Shown: positions 26,114 to 41,444, numbered from the stretch's first letter. The stretch is 64,000 nucleotides of DNA from Basidiobolus meristosporus CBS 931.73 (GCA_002104905.1 MCFE01000081.1:62001-126000); one strand, 5' to 3'. Translations and numbers: made by a program. The notes: a model not told the origin generated them from the letters alone.

Positions 26114-26379
26114 CCCATATCGCTTACCTTTTAATGCTTCTCAACAATGTAAATACTTCCACATCTCTGCGTCAACCCTCCCATTTGCTAGTTGTAACAT
26201 AAATCACCACCCAAACCTCATAGATCGTATGCAATCGTAATAAATTCGAACCCACCAGTTCGTGTTGATCCTTGTGATTAATTGGTTAGCGGAATGGGTT
26301 CATTTGATGGCCATGGTTGGAGCCGTACCTACATTTCTTGACCACGCACCGGGTTATCCTGCACAGCTCTGTTGACGCC

Positions 26380-27855
26380 ATGAGTTCTTCCGAGCCAACC
26401 TCTTTCGTATCTGACGCGGAGCTCGACGTTTCCAAAAGCGAGCATCTCTCCGAGGAGGAAGACGTAGCCAACGACATGCCGAAGCGCACTCGAAGCTCGA
26501 GAAAAAAGGCCGCCTCCTCCAAAAGTACGTTCTGGCTGACAAGGCTCTTTAGACGGCAGTATTCTTACCACTTCTTGCTCAGATCGGATGAATTATACGG
26601 ATAGTGAAGAGGAGCCAACGATGGAGGGAGAGAAGGGAAAGAGAACGTTGACCAGTATGTTTGGTCGAGACACGCTTAGCCATGTGGCAATACTTACTCA
26701 CAAGTGAAATCTTCTCTAGAAAGAGTGCCCGAAAAATCGGATAGTTTAGCTGATTACGAGTATGTGGTGACCCCAGAGAAAGGACAGGTTGGTGAACAAA
26801 GCGTCGATGTTGATGAGGATTCCGAATCCGATGTGGAAATGTCGGAAGATTCCGAAAGCGAAGAATCGGGGCCTCAAAAGAAGCGTTCAAGAAGATCGAA
26901 GAAAGGTATGGATATTTCCCCAACTGGGAACCAACTCTAGCCTAATCCCCACCCCGGGTATTTTTTAGATGAGGACGGCTTTTCTTCGGAAGAGAGGTGA
27001 TATTAGTGTAAACGTTTTTGGTGTTACGAGCCAATTTCTCATGGGTTTTTTTGGTGATCAGTTTGGAGGAATTCTTTACCGACCATAGCAAAAAAGATAA
27101 GAACAGGTTGACAAGCCGACAGCGGGCTAAAGTAGACGACGAGTTTCAAGTGGAGCTCTTGGAGCTTCCAACAGGTAAGCCTTTCGTGGGATGTTCGCGC
27201 TAGGCCATACATAATATTGATGAAAACTCTCCCGTAGAGACAAAGAAAAAGAACCTCACGGCGGAAGAATTGGCATTAAAACGTTCGGAAACGGCTAGAA
27301 GACGAAAGAATCAAAGTGAGCGACGAGCTGAACAAGATAAAGTAAGTTGAAGTATACACCGGACACCTCAGCAACATCCTTATTTAACCGCTTAAACTCT
27401 TCCAGATGGATACCATCAACAAGCTGCTGAAGAAACAAGCATCCCGCCGAACCAAGAAAGACGATGACGAACAGGTTAGCGATCCACATCATGGAGAGTC
27501 TGCAAATTTAATGTATGCTTACCACTCCAGCGCTTTACAGGACCAGAAGGACCAAGAACGCATAGTCCCCACCAAAATATGCTACCTACAGAACAAGGAC
27601 GGTGTCACTATTTCTTTTCCTGTCGATGCAAACCCGATCGAGGGCCAGAAATTTACTGGGTAGGTTTTCCATGCCAGTTGCTGGTATTTTCTTAATAATC
27701 CACTCACCCTCACCCTCCCCTCCCCCCTTACTAGCTATCCTCCCGCATTGCCCAAATGCAGTATTCCAGGCTGCGACAACGTCAAGAAATATAGACATCC
27801 AAAACTCCAGAAGGACATCTGCAGCTTGGAGCATTATCGTTTGCTCGAGGCCTGA
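26380..27855 (+). CDS. IES2: INO80 complex subunit Ies2/INO80B (PAPA-1 domain plus C-terminal HIT-like zinc finger), multi-exon
   Basis: LTAEELALKRSETARRRKNQSERRAEQDK-MDTINKLLKKQ; C-terminus CSIPGCDNVKKYRHPKLQKDICSLEHY. Confidence 0.88.
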
Positions 27856-29023
27856 GCACAAGTGTAGATAGATATATGACAGTAGCCTCAGTGCGCTTGC
27901 GAACGATCCATTTAATATTGATTGATTGATTTTGATTTTGATTAAATTGATGATGTATATCCCCTTTCTTTTTCATACATGTTGAATCAGAGTCTCACTG
28001 AAATAAACAGGAGTGATTTGCAGATTTGCGGAGCTTGAAGTGAAGAACTGCTTGCTACCAATCAGCAGGTGTAGGATAGATCGAGCCCATCGACTCGAGC
28101 AGAGGTTGAATTCTCGCGCAACAGACGCTGAGCTGCTCTTGGATGCCCGCTGTATCTCCAGGCTATTTTGGTGTCTCTCAGCGCCACCCCCATATCACCT
28201 GAGCTCGGATGAATTGTTTCAATTGCGGGAGAGATGGGCATTCAACATCAAACATGACAAGACAGCATCGTCGGATAATGGAATGTTTAGTCCAACACCA
28301 GGTATTTGTTTATTTTCATATAAGCCCTTCGCACTGACGTAGGATGAACCGAAGGTTCCATGAAGGTAAGATGAAAAAACTGTGGCATCATGTGGTGGCC
28401 ACGGAGGCGGAGAATTTTCCCACCTATGAGCTTACCAAGTGGCTTGAGGACACCTGTGTGTGATGGATTCACTGAATCTCAAGATCTTGATACGTCCATT
28501 CGGCGTGAAGCCAATATCTAGGCTATTATTAGCTATGATTCAGGGATTAGATGGATGAAACTCCACACCCAGTAAGCAGCAGTAGGTGCTGCTTATGTAA
28601 TGACGTCAAACCGCAGACTGACATTGCATTTGCCTGAGGCCCAACCGGGGTTGTAGAAACATCCAAAGGCAGGAGAGTTCAGACGTAGGGTTGGGCATTG
28701 TGGCATCGGTGTGGTCTTAAAGCACATATCACCTTCTGTACCCACACTCTGTGGCCTTGAGAGATTAACTGGAGGTTTTAGATTATGTAACACAAGCAAG
28801 TTTATTTACTATCTATTTCGATTGGGATATGTACAAGAGGAAATCAATGATGGTCTAGAGATATAGCAAACCAGAGCCCGTCATCGTTGCGCTTGCCATA
28901 GAAGATGTTGGACTCAGACACAACTAGACTTCACGAGAGCTAGGATTAATGGAGTCGGTCTTCGAGAGTATAGAAAAATAGGAGATTAATGGTTTAGAAC
29001 AAGAAGCCTTAATTTACTAGCAC

Positions 29024-29579
<556 letters not shown>

Positions 29580-30264
29580 ATTATGGCATCAGTGGACTGA
29601 AATACGGGGTATCAGCTGGTGGACTAGCTCCTTTTATAAAGGCGAGAAGAGAATAACGTGATCGGGGAGTTTGTATTAATATCGTTGAGGAAGCTTATGT
29701 AATATGCTTGTATTGGATCGTCAATTATGTACATCACTGTACAAGTAAAGTTCCATCGATGATTAGCAGTCCACTCGTATGCAATCTCAGATTGTGCCCC
29801 AATGCCATCTCGTTTACAACATGGCATGTAAGCTCGACTACCAGGGGCCGGAGGATTGGAATGGGTGCCACCAAACAGCCGTATAAACACCATTGGTTGA
29901 AAACGCCAGGGGCAGGCTGAGCAATGCCCACCTTCTTTACACAGTCACATCAAACTGTTTTGAATCGATGAAGGGTGATCGAAAGCTTTGTTGACTGAGT
30001 CGCCATAAGGTTAGATCGATGAAGAGTGATTGAAAGGTTTGTTGATTGAGTCGCCGCATGATTTTCAATCCATTGTATTTGCCATGCAGCATGGAGAAAT
30101 TCGAATCGTTGGTCAATATTGCTTAAAATTAGCCAACTTTCTAATCAACATCCATGATCCAGTGGGCTCAATTATGGAAAACCCTAACCCAGACAATAGT
30201 TCGACCTGAGATTACTAGTTAGTGTTGAAGTGGTGGTTTTATGCACATCAGTTGACGCGATACA

Positions 30265-33200
30265 ATGGAGATAGACGCGATTGTGAAAAGACACCTGGAG
30301 GAGAGATTCACCAAAACCAAGGTACTCCTGAGTCCTGCCTAAGACGCTATGGATGATACTCACCCTCACCTCCTCTTAGCGCTCTGTCGCCTCAGAATCC
30401 AGGGAATTCTATTATGGGTATGCTGCAATTCGATCCTGAAGTTCCCTGTATCACTCACTTTGCTTACTTCTCGAAGTATATTCGAATCCCCAACGAAAAA
30501 AATCAAGGTACACAACGATCCAAAGAACGGAATGGATGAAGAGCAGGCATTCCAAGAAAAACTGAACCTCGACCTAAAGAAATCCATCCAAACCTCCAAC
30601 AACCCAGTATGTTTCAGAATTCTCGACGATCGTTCAGTGCGACCACTTAATATTGAATCTCGTTGTAGAGCGAAGGGTTTAAAGTAATCTTTGGCATCAT
30701 CGCTTCGGACAACCATCCTAACGAATACGTGGAATATCTGTTCCGCTTCTTGAAAAGTAGCTTATTGGATTCGGAAAGTCTATCTAATCTTCCCTCGACC
30801 TATATCTATGAGCAGGCAGCTTCGCTGCTGGATATAAAGAAGCCTCGTTTATGGACACAAACATTGCGCTTTATTAAGGAGATTATCACAGAGGAGAATC
30901 ACAAAGTCTCGTTACCAATCCATGTAGCAACCAACTTGATCAAAGTCATCCTCAAGCAGATCAATAGCCTTCCAACCGTTGTCGAGGAAACACAGCGGTC
31001 ATGTGTCGAGAAAGGAAAAGATCTAATTGATCAGATGCTCCCGCTTTCCAACGAGAAAACGCCTGGAGCACTGTCGTACTACGAACTGATTCAACAAGTA
31101 TGTGCCGGTTAACCCCACCCATAGATAGTCGCTCTCTGACAAATGTTCTTGTAGCTCCCCGATATATACACGAACTTTGTCCAGGGGAATTATGTCAAGA
31201 ATGTCCATTGGCTCATGGAGCCATTTATCAACATTCTAAGTAAGAGAAGACGTCAGCTGGCCTTTGTACTAGTTCCTCCAGGTAAATCCGTCTCGACTAC
31301 CGTTCATGTAGCAAATAACGATAACCCAACCATCGCGTAGATGCGTCCTGGCCATTGATCTCTCACTTCAGCCGCCATCATGAATATACCCACCTTACCG
31401 ATCAGCCCCACTGTAGCTTGTTTCAACAGGACCTAGTATATACCTCAGCCACCTTTTCTGATGGAAACAACTTAGCTAACCTAGCGACCAGGATGAATTT
31501 ATTGCCAGCAACTTTGCTACTTCCACCTATTCGCACCTCAAAGACCTCCTGTTCCAGAGATCCTCGATAGAGGATTTACGAGGGATTTTGGCAAGACAAG
31601 GCCACAGTGCTGACCGAAGCGTTATTCGTAAAGCGATTGTGGACAAGATTCGAGACCTGATTGTCCGCACCCAGGAAATTAGTCGCTTTGATGAGCCAAA
31701 GCAAGGTAAGCGATCTAGTCGACCCAGAGTGGGGTTAGCGCTAATGGGGCTTCAGGAATTGATCCCACACATGGTAGTGGCTCCGAGGTAGATGTGGTAG
31801 TACCAGACAATGTTGAGTTTTGGGAATGCATGATTGAGGTGGCCGACCAGCTGTACAGTCTGGTATCTTCTGAGTAAGCAGCAATCAGTGGGCCATTCTA
31901 GCTGCACGTTCTCACCTTTGTGTTCGTAGCCTCATAGGGTTCGACGATCTGCTGAGTGATTTCTCTCAGATAGTGCGGCCAGATGATGCCCTAGACATCG
32001 ATTCGGAGAAGATCCCCAAAGACAACACTCTTTTGTGGCTTTTGTTGCAACTCTTTCGTATCCTTTGAGCCGTGTGTCCCAAGAGTTTTCGCCCGTGCAC
32101 ACACTACGATTCCTTAACCGCGCCATTTTGTAGATATCGAAAGATTAGGTGGTAGTCTGATTGCCAAGGATTTTGCCAATGACGAGGCCTACTTGTCTCA
32201 AATGGTCAAGCTCTACAACGAAAAGCAGGTTCTTTCGCAAGACGGTTTTTACCTAAGAGATTTATCGCTTCCGTGTGCAGTGAGTATTTGGGAGTTTCAA
32301 GCCTCATGCTAGCTCATCCCATTGATTGTTCATCGTTCCTACAGCTAAGCCACCAGCAATCACACCTTCGGGACAGATCGAACCTCAAGTATCGGCATCC
32401 TAACTTAGCCTCTGCGATGAGCTACGCTACCGTTTGCTATCATCTTCAGACCTATTTCGCCTCGCATTACAAAGGTGCCCTCCATGATAGCAAGAGTTGC
32501 GCCAAAGCATCTAGACTTACGCCTTGCTCCATATTGTAGCGAACATCACCAAACACGATGTCTTCAGAAACCTGACCCTCCATGAAATCAACAAGGTTGC
32601 CTTGGTCAGCCAGCTCCGACAACACATTGTTCCAAACACTCTTTACGTATATCTTGTCCCCAACAAATCCGACACCGACACTCTAGGATTTCCCAAGAAT
32701 ACGTACCTCAAAGGAGGCATTCTTGGATACAAGCTTCTCGACTTCATCAATGTAAACGGCAAGCAAAGGTAGTCGATGCATTCGTTAAGCCGGACCGCCC
32801 ACCATATGAGAGCTAACTTGGGTTTCTTCAGATTGTTGCAACTAATTTACAAGATGATGCTGGACAGCGAAGCGGGACCGCGGTTCCAGGATGGATCTGG
32901 TCAAGCAAACTGTGTCTCTCCCTATGTGCTCGATGTAGTGTACAAGCTGTTGCACAGTGCACCATGCTCGTAAGTTTCCTCTACCTCGATCTATTTCCTG
33001 CAAGGCTGACATGTATGTGAATCAGTGCCGAGCTCATGATGAGGGAAATCTTCGAAAGACTGAAAAGATGTGACAAGGCGACAAAGGCACATGCTGAAGG
33101 AGGGCCTAGTCTTTCAGAGCATACACTTCGTTGGCAGTCCACTATTCTGCAGCTACTCAACTTCAGACTCCTCAGATTCCTAAAATACTCCCCCATAGCC

Positions 33201-36106
33201 TTGAACTTGGTTCATTGCGTTAAGCATTCATTGACTTCGACGGAGCATCATCACATCTACCACTTATTGGAGTCATTCTCCTTGAACCTTATTGTTAGAG
33301 CATGCCTTTCGCTTGACTTTTCCTGAGCTTTACTAATCCCTTCCCACTCTCTAGTTGATCCAATCCAACATAGACATCATTCAAACCCTGTCCGATTCGG
33401 CCAGAGAAAAGGACGTCTGGTTCCCCGAATCAGAAATCGCTGCTCGTGCAATGGTCATGACGATCGCCAGGATTGTTCGGATCAGGTATTTGGCTTTTGG
33501 TTAGTCAAGTCACGCTGTAGCATTGAGTAACCAGCAGCGTTATAGAGGGTTAGATGGCATTTCACAAGAAACGTTACACACCGTGCTCAAGTCGTTGCAC
33601 AGAAAGCCATTGGCATGGTCTGAGAAAACCCTCAGCTTTTTCCCTGGCCCTATCCGTTCGTTCTATTTGAGCGAAATCGCGACGGCGGAAACAACTATTA
33701 ACCCCGAACAAGTATTGCTATACCATTAACCTGTCTCACGGACCGGACGCATGCTTACAATTGGAATAGGTGGCAGAGACCATCCAGAAATGCCCGGCTC
33801 ATGCACTGTTTACTACCGGAGAAGCCAACCCGCAAAACCAAGAAAGTCTGCTGGACTATTACTCAAAGAAGGAAAACCAGGCCAGCTTTCTATGCGTGCT
33901 GTGGAAGATTTTCCAAGACAAAGAGATGGACTCTACCTTGGTTGAACGTAACTTGACTGTTTCAGCAGGCGTCAGTTCATCTCTCACAAGCTAACCAATT
34001 TGCTGACAGAGATCCGACAAATCGCTATTCGATTCCCCCTGTGCGAAACTGCAGAGAACGTATTTCATTTAGTGGATTACATTCTGAAGGAGAGTACAGA
34101 CTCCGAAAGCTTACAAAAGGTGCGTCGTCCTCGGTAATTGATATGCTGCTCCAACACTCATATTGTTTTTCAGGCCAGCGACAAGCTAGCCAAGCTTATC
34201 TGGGACTATCAACTGATCAGTCTCGAGCATGTAGTATTCGCGTTAACCAGGGGCCACACAAACACCACTGATTCAAGCTTCCAACTGCTGAAAAAGATCC
34301 TGATCGACTCCTCGGAATTCAGCGACCGACTCGCATTCTGGATGTCGTTAGACTTCAATCCTCGTTACTGGGTAGAGGACGACTTTCACGAAAGGCTGAC
34401 CAAATATCTAAACAAGTATCCGGAGTATTTCGAGTACGAAGCGTTCGCGATGAATGGATACAACCTGGAGAAGGAGGAGCTGAAGCCAGCATTATCCACG
34501 CCAATGCCGATCTACTATGATAATTTGATTCTGAGAATCCTTCCATTCCTGGATATCACCATCGGAAAGCTTATCGAGTTCGAGCAGGTCGACTTGTTGA
34601 AAGAAGTACTCGAGAAGTTCCAAAAACTCTACCGTTATCACCAAACACCCTTGGCGTTCATTCGCGATACACTTCAGAACTACTACAGTTCGGCAGCACT
34701 CAAAGATCCCGCGGTTGTCAAGCTCTTGGTGAAACTGGCAGGCAATTACACCAGCACACTGTATATTCGATGGTTGACCAAGCTAACTTGACCTGCAGAT
34801 TTTCACCAGTGCCAGTTCACGGAAGAATTCAAGGAGTACGTCGAGCAGGAAAGTCCGTCCCTCGCCCTCGCCCTCGACAGCAACTACCTGGAGAAGATCT
34901 TGACGAAACTAGCCGAATGTGAGATAGATTGGAGCACCAATGGAGTATTGCATTATATGCTGACCACTCTCGCTTATTTTTGTAGCAATGTCTCTCGAGA
35001 AATGCGATCTCAAGGACGATTCAGAATTGCCAGAGCGCCATTTCAGAGAATTCTCTAGCCCTTGCTTGCAGGCGTTGATGACCACATCCATAGAGGTTTT
35101 AGCGTGCCCCTTACCTGCCAGACAGATTGTGGAGTCTTTCCTCAGCCTGGTTATGGGCAATTCGGGTAAGAGCAACGGATATCCCTCTGTTGTGCTCCAC
35201 GCTCTAGGCCTGTTGTTAGCAACCTTACCCCATGACGAGTTCGTCACGGTCGTTTTTGAAGAGCTCCTCATACTGTTGAAGGCTGACCCATATCTTCTCG
35301 AGAACTCCGAAATATGCATCCCCGTAAGTGATTCCATAATGAACCAAGACCAAAAGCTCATTCTAATGGCACTCTCTTGCTTGGCCAGCCCCGCTCACTA
35401 AACTCACTGACCTACGTCAAACTCAACGATAACTTGAACGAATCGGGTATACAAATGTCAACTGTCGGCTCACGAAACTTTACACTTCCGTACATCTTCA
35501 ACAACTACATGTTCAACTACTATAACTTCACCCTGAACGGGCCAAACACTTTCCTGACCTTGTTCCACAGCATGATTCATTACAGCAGTTCCGACATGTT
35601 CGAGACGATCCACCAATGCCTGGTTTCTCTTCGAGGAAATCAAGTCACGTCTGATACACAGATGCTCTACATCTGCGCGTTGATCGGACCACTCCTCTCC
35701 CGGCTGGAGAAATCGCCAACCATGTTCCACCAAGTAAGTTGGAAATCGTCGTTGCCAGCCCAGCGAGTATCCAATTAATGTGCCTCAAGATATTGATAGA
35801 CGTGGTCTTCATTCTGCAAGACTTGTCCTCCATTCTGACGCCACCTGACAACACCTCTACTAGAGCATTGGAGCAAATCTACGATTTCCTGTATCCTTAC
35901 TAGCTAATGGAATAGTTTGATGATGCTTCCTGGCCCTGGCCCTAGCCCTAGCCCTAACCATTGTTTGTGTTGCATATCCCTAACTCACGTCCAGGTTTCA
36001 CATCAAGTATCAATTTCAGGTTGACTTTGAAAGCATGGCAAAGATCCGTGAGGTCCTCCAGATGTGCGCTCCCCCTATCCAAGCCCGGCTCAAAGATCTA
36101 TTCTAA
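30265..36106 (+). CDS. MED23: Mediator subunit MED23 homolog, many short introns
   Basis: KPLAWSEKTLSFFPGPIRSFY, YWVEDDFHERLTKYLNKYPE, MPIYYDNLILRILPFLDITIGKLIE, LYRYHQTPLAFIRDTLQNYY parallel the metazoan MED23 blocks as I recall them. Confidence 0.85.
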
Positions 36107-36262
36107 AAGGACTTCAACAAATATTTAGTATCAATAGACTGACACATCAAAATAAATTCCCTACCAAGATGTGACGTATGATTAGCCAGTCCAAATTTTG
36201 GAATTTCTGCAATATCTGTCACTGTGAAAGTATTCTCGAGAGTATTCTCTATACAAACCAGT

Positions 36263-38130
36263 ATGTTTCGCAATCTGTTCAAGGCTAGAGGTCCTATTAG
36301 TCTAGGTAAATAGAGTGCCAGAGACCAGGAACAAGAGCTGTGACACTTACTGATGCTTTTGGGTAGGGAGAAATACTTGGGGAAGGCCTCCCACAAGAAT
36401 CATCGTACGGCCTACCACAGGATACCAGCGCTTCCAATCCAACAGAGGTATTCTTGGGGCCCGTACAGAAAAGACCCACTGTTGCTAATAACCAGTGAAG
36501 AGCCCTTTTATAACAGAAAACAATTTTGGATCGGTGCTGGCATTTTCGGTGGGTTAAGCGGTACTTATTATGTCACCCACTTGGAAACAGTCCCCATTAG
36601 CGGGCGTCGCCGCTTCATGGACATTTCGCCTTCTCAGGAAGAAAAGTTATCCAAGATGTCGTACCAGGAGATCATCCAAGAGGTTCATAGTGACTTTGTT
36701 CTCAGCCAGTGCCAGAGTATCCGAGATTAACTGTTGGTCAAAAACCCTTTCCACGATATAGTACGGGCATCAAATCCTGCCGCCTAATCACAGGGTAAGC
36801 TTGTGCTTCTCAAAGCTCTACGAAGCCCAGTGAAAAACTAACCTCCCACACAGTACTCCAGATGGGTATCGGACGTTGCCCAGAGAATCATTAGAGGTAG
36901 GCCGCTCTCGAACCGTTCACCTGGAAACCTGCTAATTTCCCTTTGTTGGAAATAGTAAGCGGTATGGACGACCTTAAGTGGGAAGTTCATGTCATCGATT
37001 CTCCTGAAAGAAACGCCTTCGTACTACCTGGTATGGAAACTATGCTTTTGATTACTGGAAAAGAGCTAACTTCGTCCCACAGGTGGCAAGGTCTTCGTAT
37101 TTACAGTAGGTACTCGTATTCGTGTCAGAGGGGTTCTTTCTTAACCTGTGCAAAGGGGATACTTCCTATTGTTCAAAGCAAGGATGGGATGGCTGCGGTA
37201 TTGGGACATGAGGTAGGCGTCAATCAATAGCATATCTTTCAATAGATGCGTACTCAACTGGTGTAGGTCGCGCATCAAGTTGCAAGGTATTAGATTTGTC
37301 CACGGGACGCGTTGTTTACCAGGTGATGTAACAATCTATCTGATAGGCACTCCGCCGAGAAAATGTCCTACATGAAGATCCTCTTTCTGGTGGGTTACTC
37401 TAATGGCTTTTACCACATCTTTCTAACTTCAATACAATCCAGTTCCAACTTTTCTTGGACGTAGCGCTCGGCATGCCTTTCGCACTCAACCGCCTCTTTC
37501 TGGAATTAGGTAGATCTAGTGGTATCTTTGAAATGTACGCATTACTCAACCACCCACAGGAGTCGTTTTACCTTTCAGTCGCAAGTGCGAGGTTGAAGCA
37601 GATATGGTAAATATGGAACAGACTCGTTTCAACATCTACATCCCCGGCTAATATGAAATTTTGCTTAGATCGGGTAATGCCCATGTTCCCTGGATCGCCA
37701 ATATGCGCCAACTAACATCCCTGTAGGCTTCAGCTCATGGCTCAAGCGTGTTATGATCCCTATGAAGGTAATCCATTACAAAGTGTCTTCCGTGCTAGCA
37801 ATCACTAATCACTGTGCTATACAGCGGTCCGCATGTGGGAGGTCAGTAATCCCTCCATTATCTGCCACGAATATTTCATTGAGTGATTATGCAGAGAATG
37901 AGCCAAGCAGAAAAGGGCGCACCTCCGCAATATCTAAGCACCCATCCTAACAACGAGTCCAGAATTTCAAAGATTAACGAGTGGATGCCCCAAGCACTGC
38001 AAACGCGGGCGAATTCTGATTGCGACACGGGTAGGTGTCGTTTTTCCCAGTGGCTGAGCTGCGGCTAATGTGATTTTTAGATATGATGGGACTAGCCGAG
38101 AAGTTTAAGAAACACTGGGTCAGTTGGTGA
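36263..38130 (+). CDS. OMA1: Mitochondrial inner-membrane M48 metallopeptidase Oma1, multi-exon
   Basis: LETVPISGRRRF, WEVHVIDSPERNAFVLPG, AAVLGHEVAHQVARH (HExxH across an intron), QYLSTHP. Confidence 0.92.
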
Positions 38131-38410
38131 TTTTTACCCAGAATTCTACTCTGCCAAGAGGATTAGAATAATGACCCGGAAATAAATTCCCAATTCTGAA
38201 CCAATCTGATAATATTTCCAGAAATCTATCCTAGTTTATTTTTAATATTTCCCAAGTTGGTATCGAGCCAATAGAATAATTATGGAAGATCAGCTTTATG
38301 CAGAACAGTGATATCTCATGTGCGCATCACACCACCCGTATTAAAGACTCATTCTAGTTTATAACCTTGAAGACATATACAACACCCTCTAGTCAGTCAA
38401 ATTTCAAGAC

Positions 38411-41400
38411 ATGGTATCCATATTTTTTGGAACGAATCCACTTGACGAGCTCGTCGGTACGTAAATGCCAGCCGTTGGAATGGTTTTGAACGATATATTC
38501 ATCCCCGCTTTTCATCCAGAGAAAGCTACCTCAGAGACGATCCCTAATGGGGAGGAGAACATCACCTTGAATTTCGATATATGTGATAAAATTAAGAGTA
38601 AAAAAGTTTCAGCAAAAGATGCGGTCCGTGCACTCATCAAACGATTGAACCATAACAACCCCAACGTTCAGCTCCTGGCCCTAAAGGTAACCTCTTGTGT
38701 GAAAAGAACCTTCTTATCGGGATCGGATGTTCATTCTTCTTGCTCTCTTATAGCTAACAGATGCCTGTGTGAAAAACGGTGGAAAGCATTTCTTGGTTGA
38801 AATCGCTTCTCGAGAGTTTATGGATAATCTAGTCTCTATTCTAAAATCTCCGGTAAGTCTGGCTTGAATATTGTCTACCGGAGTTTCCAAGTAACCTTCT
38901 TGTTTCTTAGACTGGTGTCAATCGAGACGTCAAGAGCAAAATACTTGAGCTAATAAAGGCTTGGGCCGAAGCTTTCCAATCGCAAAGTGAGCTCAGCTAT
39001 GTTCAGCAGGTGTACAGGCAGTTGGAAGCTGAGGGTAAGTTTCTCTTTTCAGCGTTAGAACCAGTGTGTGTGTGTGTGTGTGTGTGTGAAGTCACTAAAA
39101 AACCCTTTGCAGGCTTCTCTTTCCCTAAAAACTCCAAAGTGAATCCTACCTTGTTCGACACTGCTACCGTAAGCCAACTTTAAGCTTCTACTGTGTCAGT
39201 TTTTATTGATCAAGAATCGATTCAGGCACCTGAATGGTCTGATAGTGATGTTTGTATGCGCTGCAGAGTCCCATTTACCATGACGAACAGAAAAGTAATA
39301 CCAACTCATGGCATGATTCTATCCACCTTGGTTGCTTATACCCCGTTAGCATCATTGTAGAAATTGTGGTCAAACGTTCTGTCAGCAATGCTCATCCAAC
39401 AGTATGCCCCTCCCACACTTCGGCATCCACGAAGATGTGCGTGTTTGCCATGGATGCTATCCAAAGCTCAAGAAAGTTGTTAGCCTTACGCCTAGGTATA
39501 CCCTCCCTTGCTTTAACTATTACAACACATTAACTAACTTCTACGGCAGCTTCCAACCATCCAGCTTAGGGACTGCAACGGAGCCCTCTAAGCCCATCGT
39601 TCCCCCAGCTTCGAAAACGACTGCCACCACAGGTCCCTCTAATAGTACCTCAGCCACCAATGCCGATGACGAAGATGAAGATTTGAAGCGGGCTATCGAA
39701 TTGTCGATTAAAGAAGCGGAGAGTAGATCAGGTTATGGCGGCTACACCCCTGCATCCCAAAACAAACCTCAAGCACAGGCACAAGTAAAGAGCACACCTG
39801 AAGTCAAGGAGGTAGGATCATCGTTATAAACGCCCACAGCTGTGAATAATCACCTCATCTTTTCACTCTAGGAGGATGATCCTGACCTTGCTGCTGCCAT
39901 TGCGGCCTCGTTGAAGGAAACACATATTTCGCAATCGTGGTCGAACCTGGACAATACCCGTCATTCACCCTACGAAAACGTTAACACCAACAGCCAGGTT
40001 TGTGGATTAGATCGCTTCTGCCACTTTTATCTGTCGTTGCTAACTGGCAGTCTTCAGAGCCAAAAGGCATCGGCTCCCTCGCCAAATGAGCTATCCAAGC
40101 TGGAACAAGAAAACATCGAAATGTTTGTAACTCTTATTAGCCGAATCCAACAAAGCGGCGATGATGTTGCTAGAGATCCCCACATTCAGGTAACCAATCA
40201 ACCCTCCCCTAATTGCTACTTTGCGTACTAATCCTTTTGTCTTAGGGATTGTACGGGCAAGTTGCCGCTTTGCAACCAAAACTAGTGAACGACCTAGAAA
40301 CTACAATCCAGAAACATCGTAAGTCCTCTCAAATTGAACAATAATCTGAGCGAGACACTGATGATATTTGGTAAAGGTGACTTCGTTCAACTGAACGAGA
40401 AAATCACGACAGCTGTGAAGCTGTACGATCGTCTACTAGAAGAGCGCTTGTCAGGTGTGCATTCTATGCCATCTCCACCCCAAAACGTTAACCGCTACCA
40501 GCCTTCACATTCCCAAGCTTACCCACCTCTCCCTTCCACTCCTCAGCAATACCCACAAGTGCCGACTTACTTAGACTACAACAACCATCCCACACAATCA
40601 GCCATTCCTTATGAAGAAGCCGCCCCCAAGTTTGAACGTCAATCGAGCTACAATCACCCGCAGCAACAATATGGGAATGTCTATCCACCTGCCCCAGCCA
40701 ACCCTCCACAAGGCAACTATTACCCTGATGGTTCAGTCATACAAGGCAACTCACAACCCAACAACCATGTGAGCCCCTCTGATCCCCGAAATCAGCCTTA
40801 CTTTAATAATGCTAATGGTAATTACCCCGAGACGAACAATCTACCTGAGTAAGTTAAACTTGAACAGATCTAGCCACCCATTCACCTATTGACGCCTCAC
40901 TTCACCTAGCTACTCCGCCGGCTACTACACACCCCAGCCAGCACCAAGCGCACTTCCCAACAATCCTCCTCAAGCAGCTTACCCTCCGCAACCTGTCAGC
41001 ACGAGCTATCCCCCATCCACCCCCAATCTTCCTTTGAGCCAACCTCATCAACCTTCCAGCACACCTAATTATCAACAAGGTCAACTAGACCAATCCCAAT
41101 CCCAATACCAACAAACCAGCAACCCCTACCCTCCACAACCTGCAGCAGAACAGTTACAACAACCCACAAACCCTGGTTATCAGCAACAACCACAACCACA
41201 ACCACAACAGCAGTTTGCTAATACCAACGTGTACCCACAAGCGCCGATTGAGCAACAGCAATATCAACAGCCCCCACAGCCCGTTGCTCCCGGTTTCCAG
41301 GCCCCTACTGTAGCTCAGCCTCTGCAACATCAGCAGCAGCTTCCTCCACCGCTTCAACCCCAGCCTGCTGGACAAACAAGTCCAAACGCACCTAAACCAG

Positions 41401-41444
41401 AAGCAAGTCAGCCAGCACAAGAGACACCATTGATCGAGTTGTAA
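38411..41444 (+). CDS. VPS27: ESCRT-0 subunit Vps27/Hrs (VHS, FYVE, two UIMs, GAT, Q/P-rich tail)
   Basis: VHS ([24 protein letters not shown]), FYVE ([21 protein letters not shown]), UIMs ([15 protein letters not shown]; [14 protein letters not shown]). Confidence 0.95.
39064..39088. repeat. (GT)12 microsatellite in a VPS27 intron
   Basis: Direct read of the sequence. Confidence 0.95.

Noticed and set aside
28190-28440. Minus-strand frame with a single in-frame TGA (possible selenocysteine or readthrough)
   Set aside because: No redox motif around the TGA and no SECIS-like element seen; splice signals favour the plus strand
40334-41444. Q/P/N/Y-rich repetitive ORFs
   Set aside because: Ordinary low-complexity C-terminus of Vps27/Hrs
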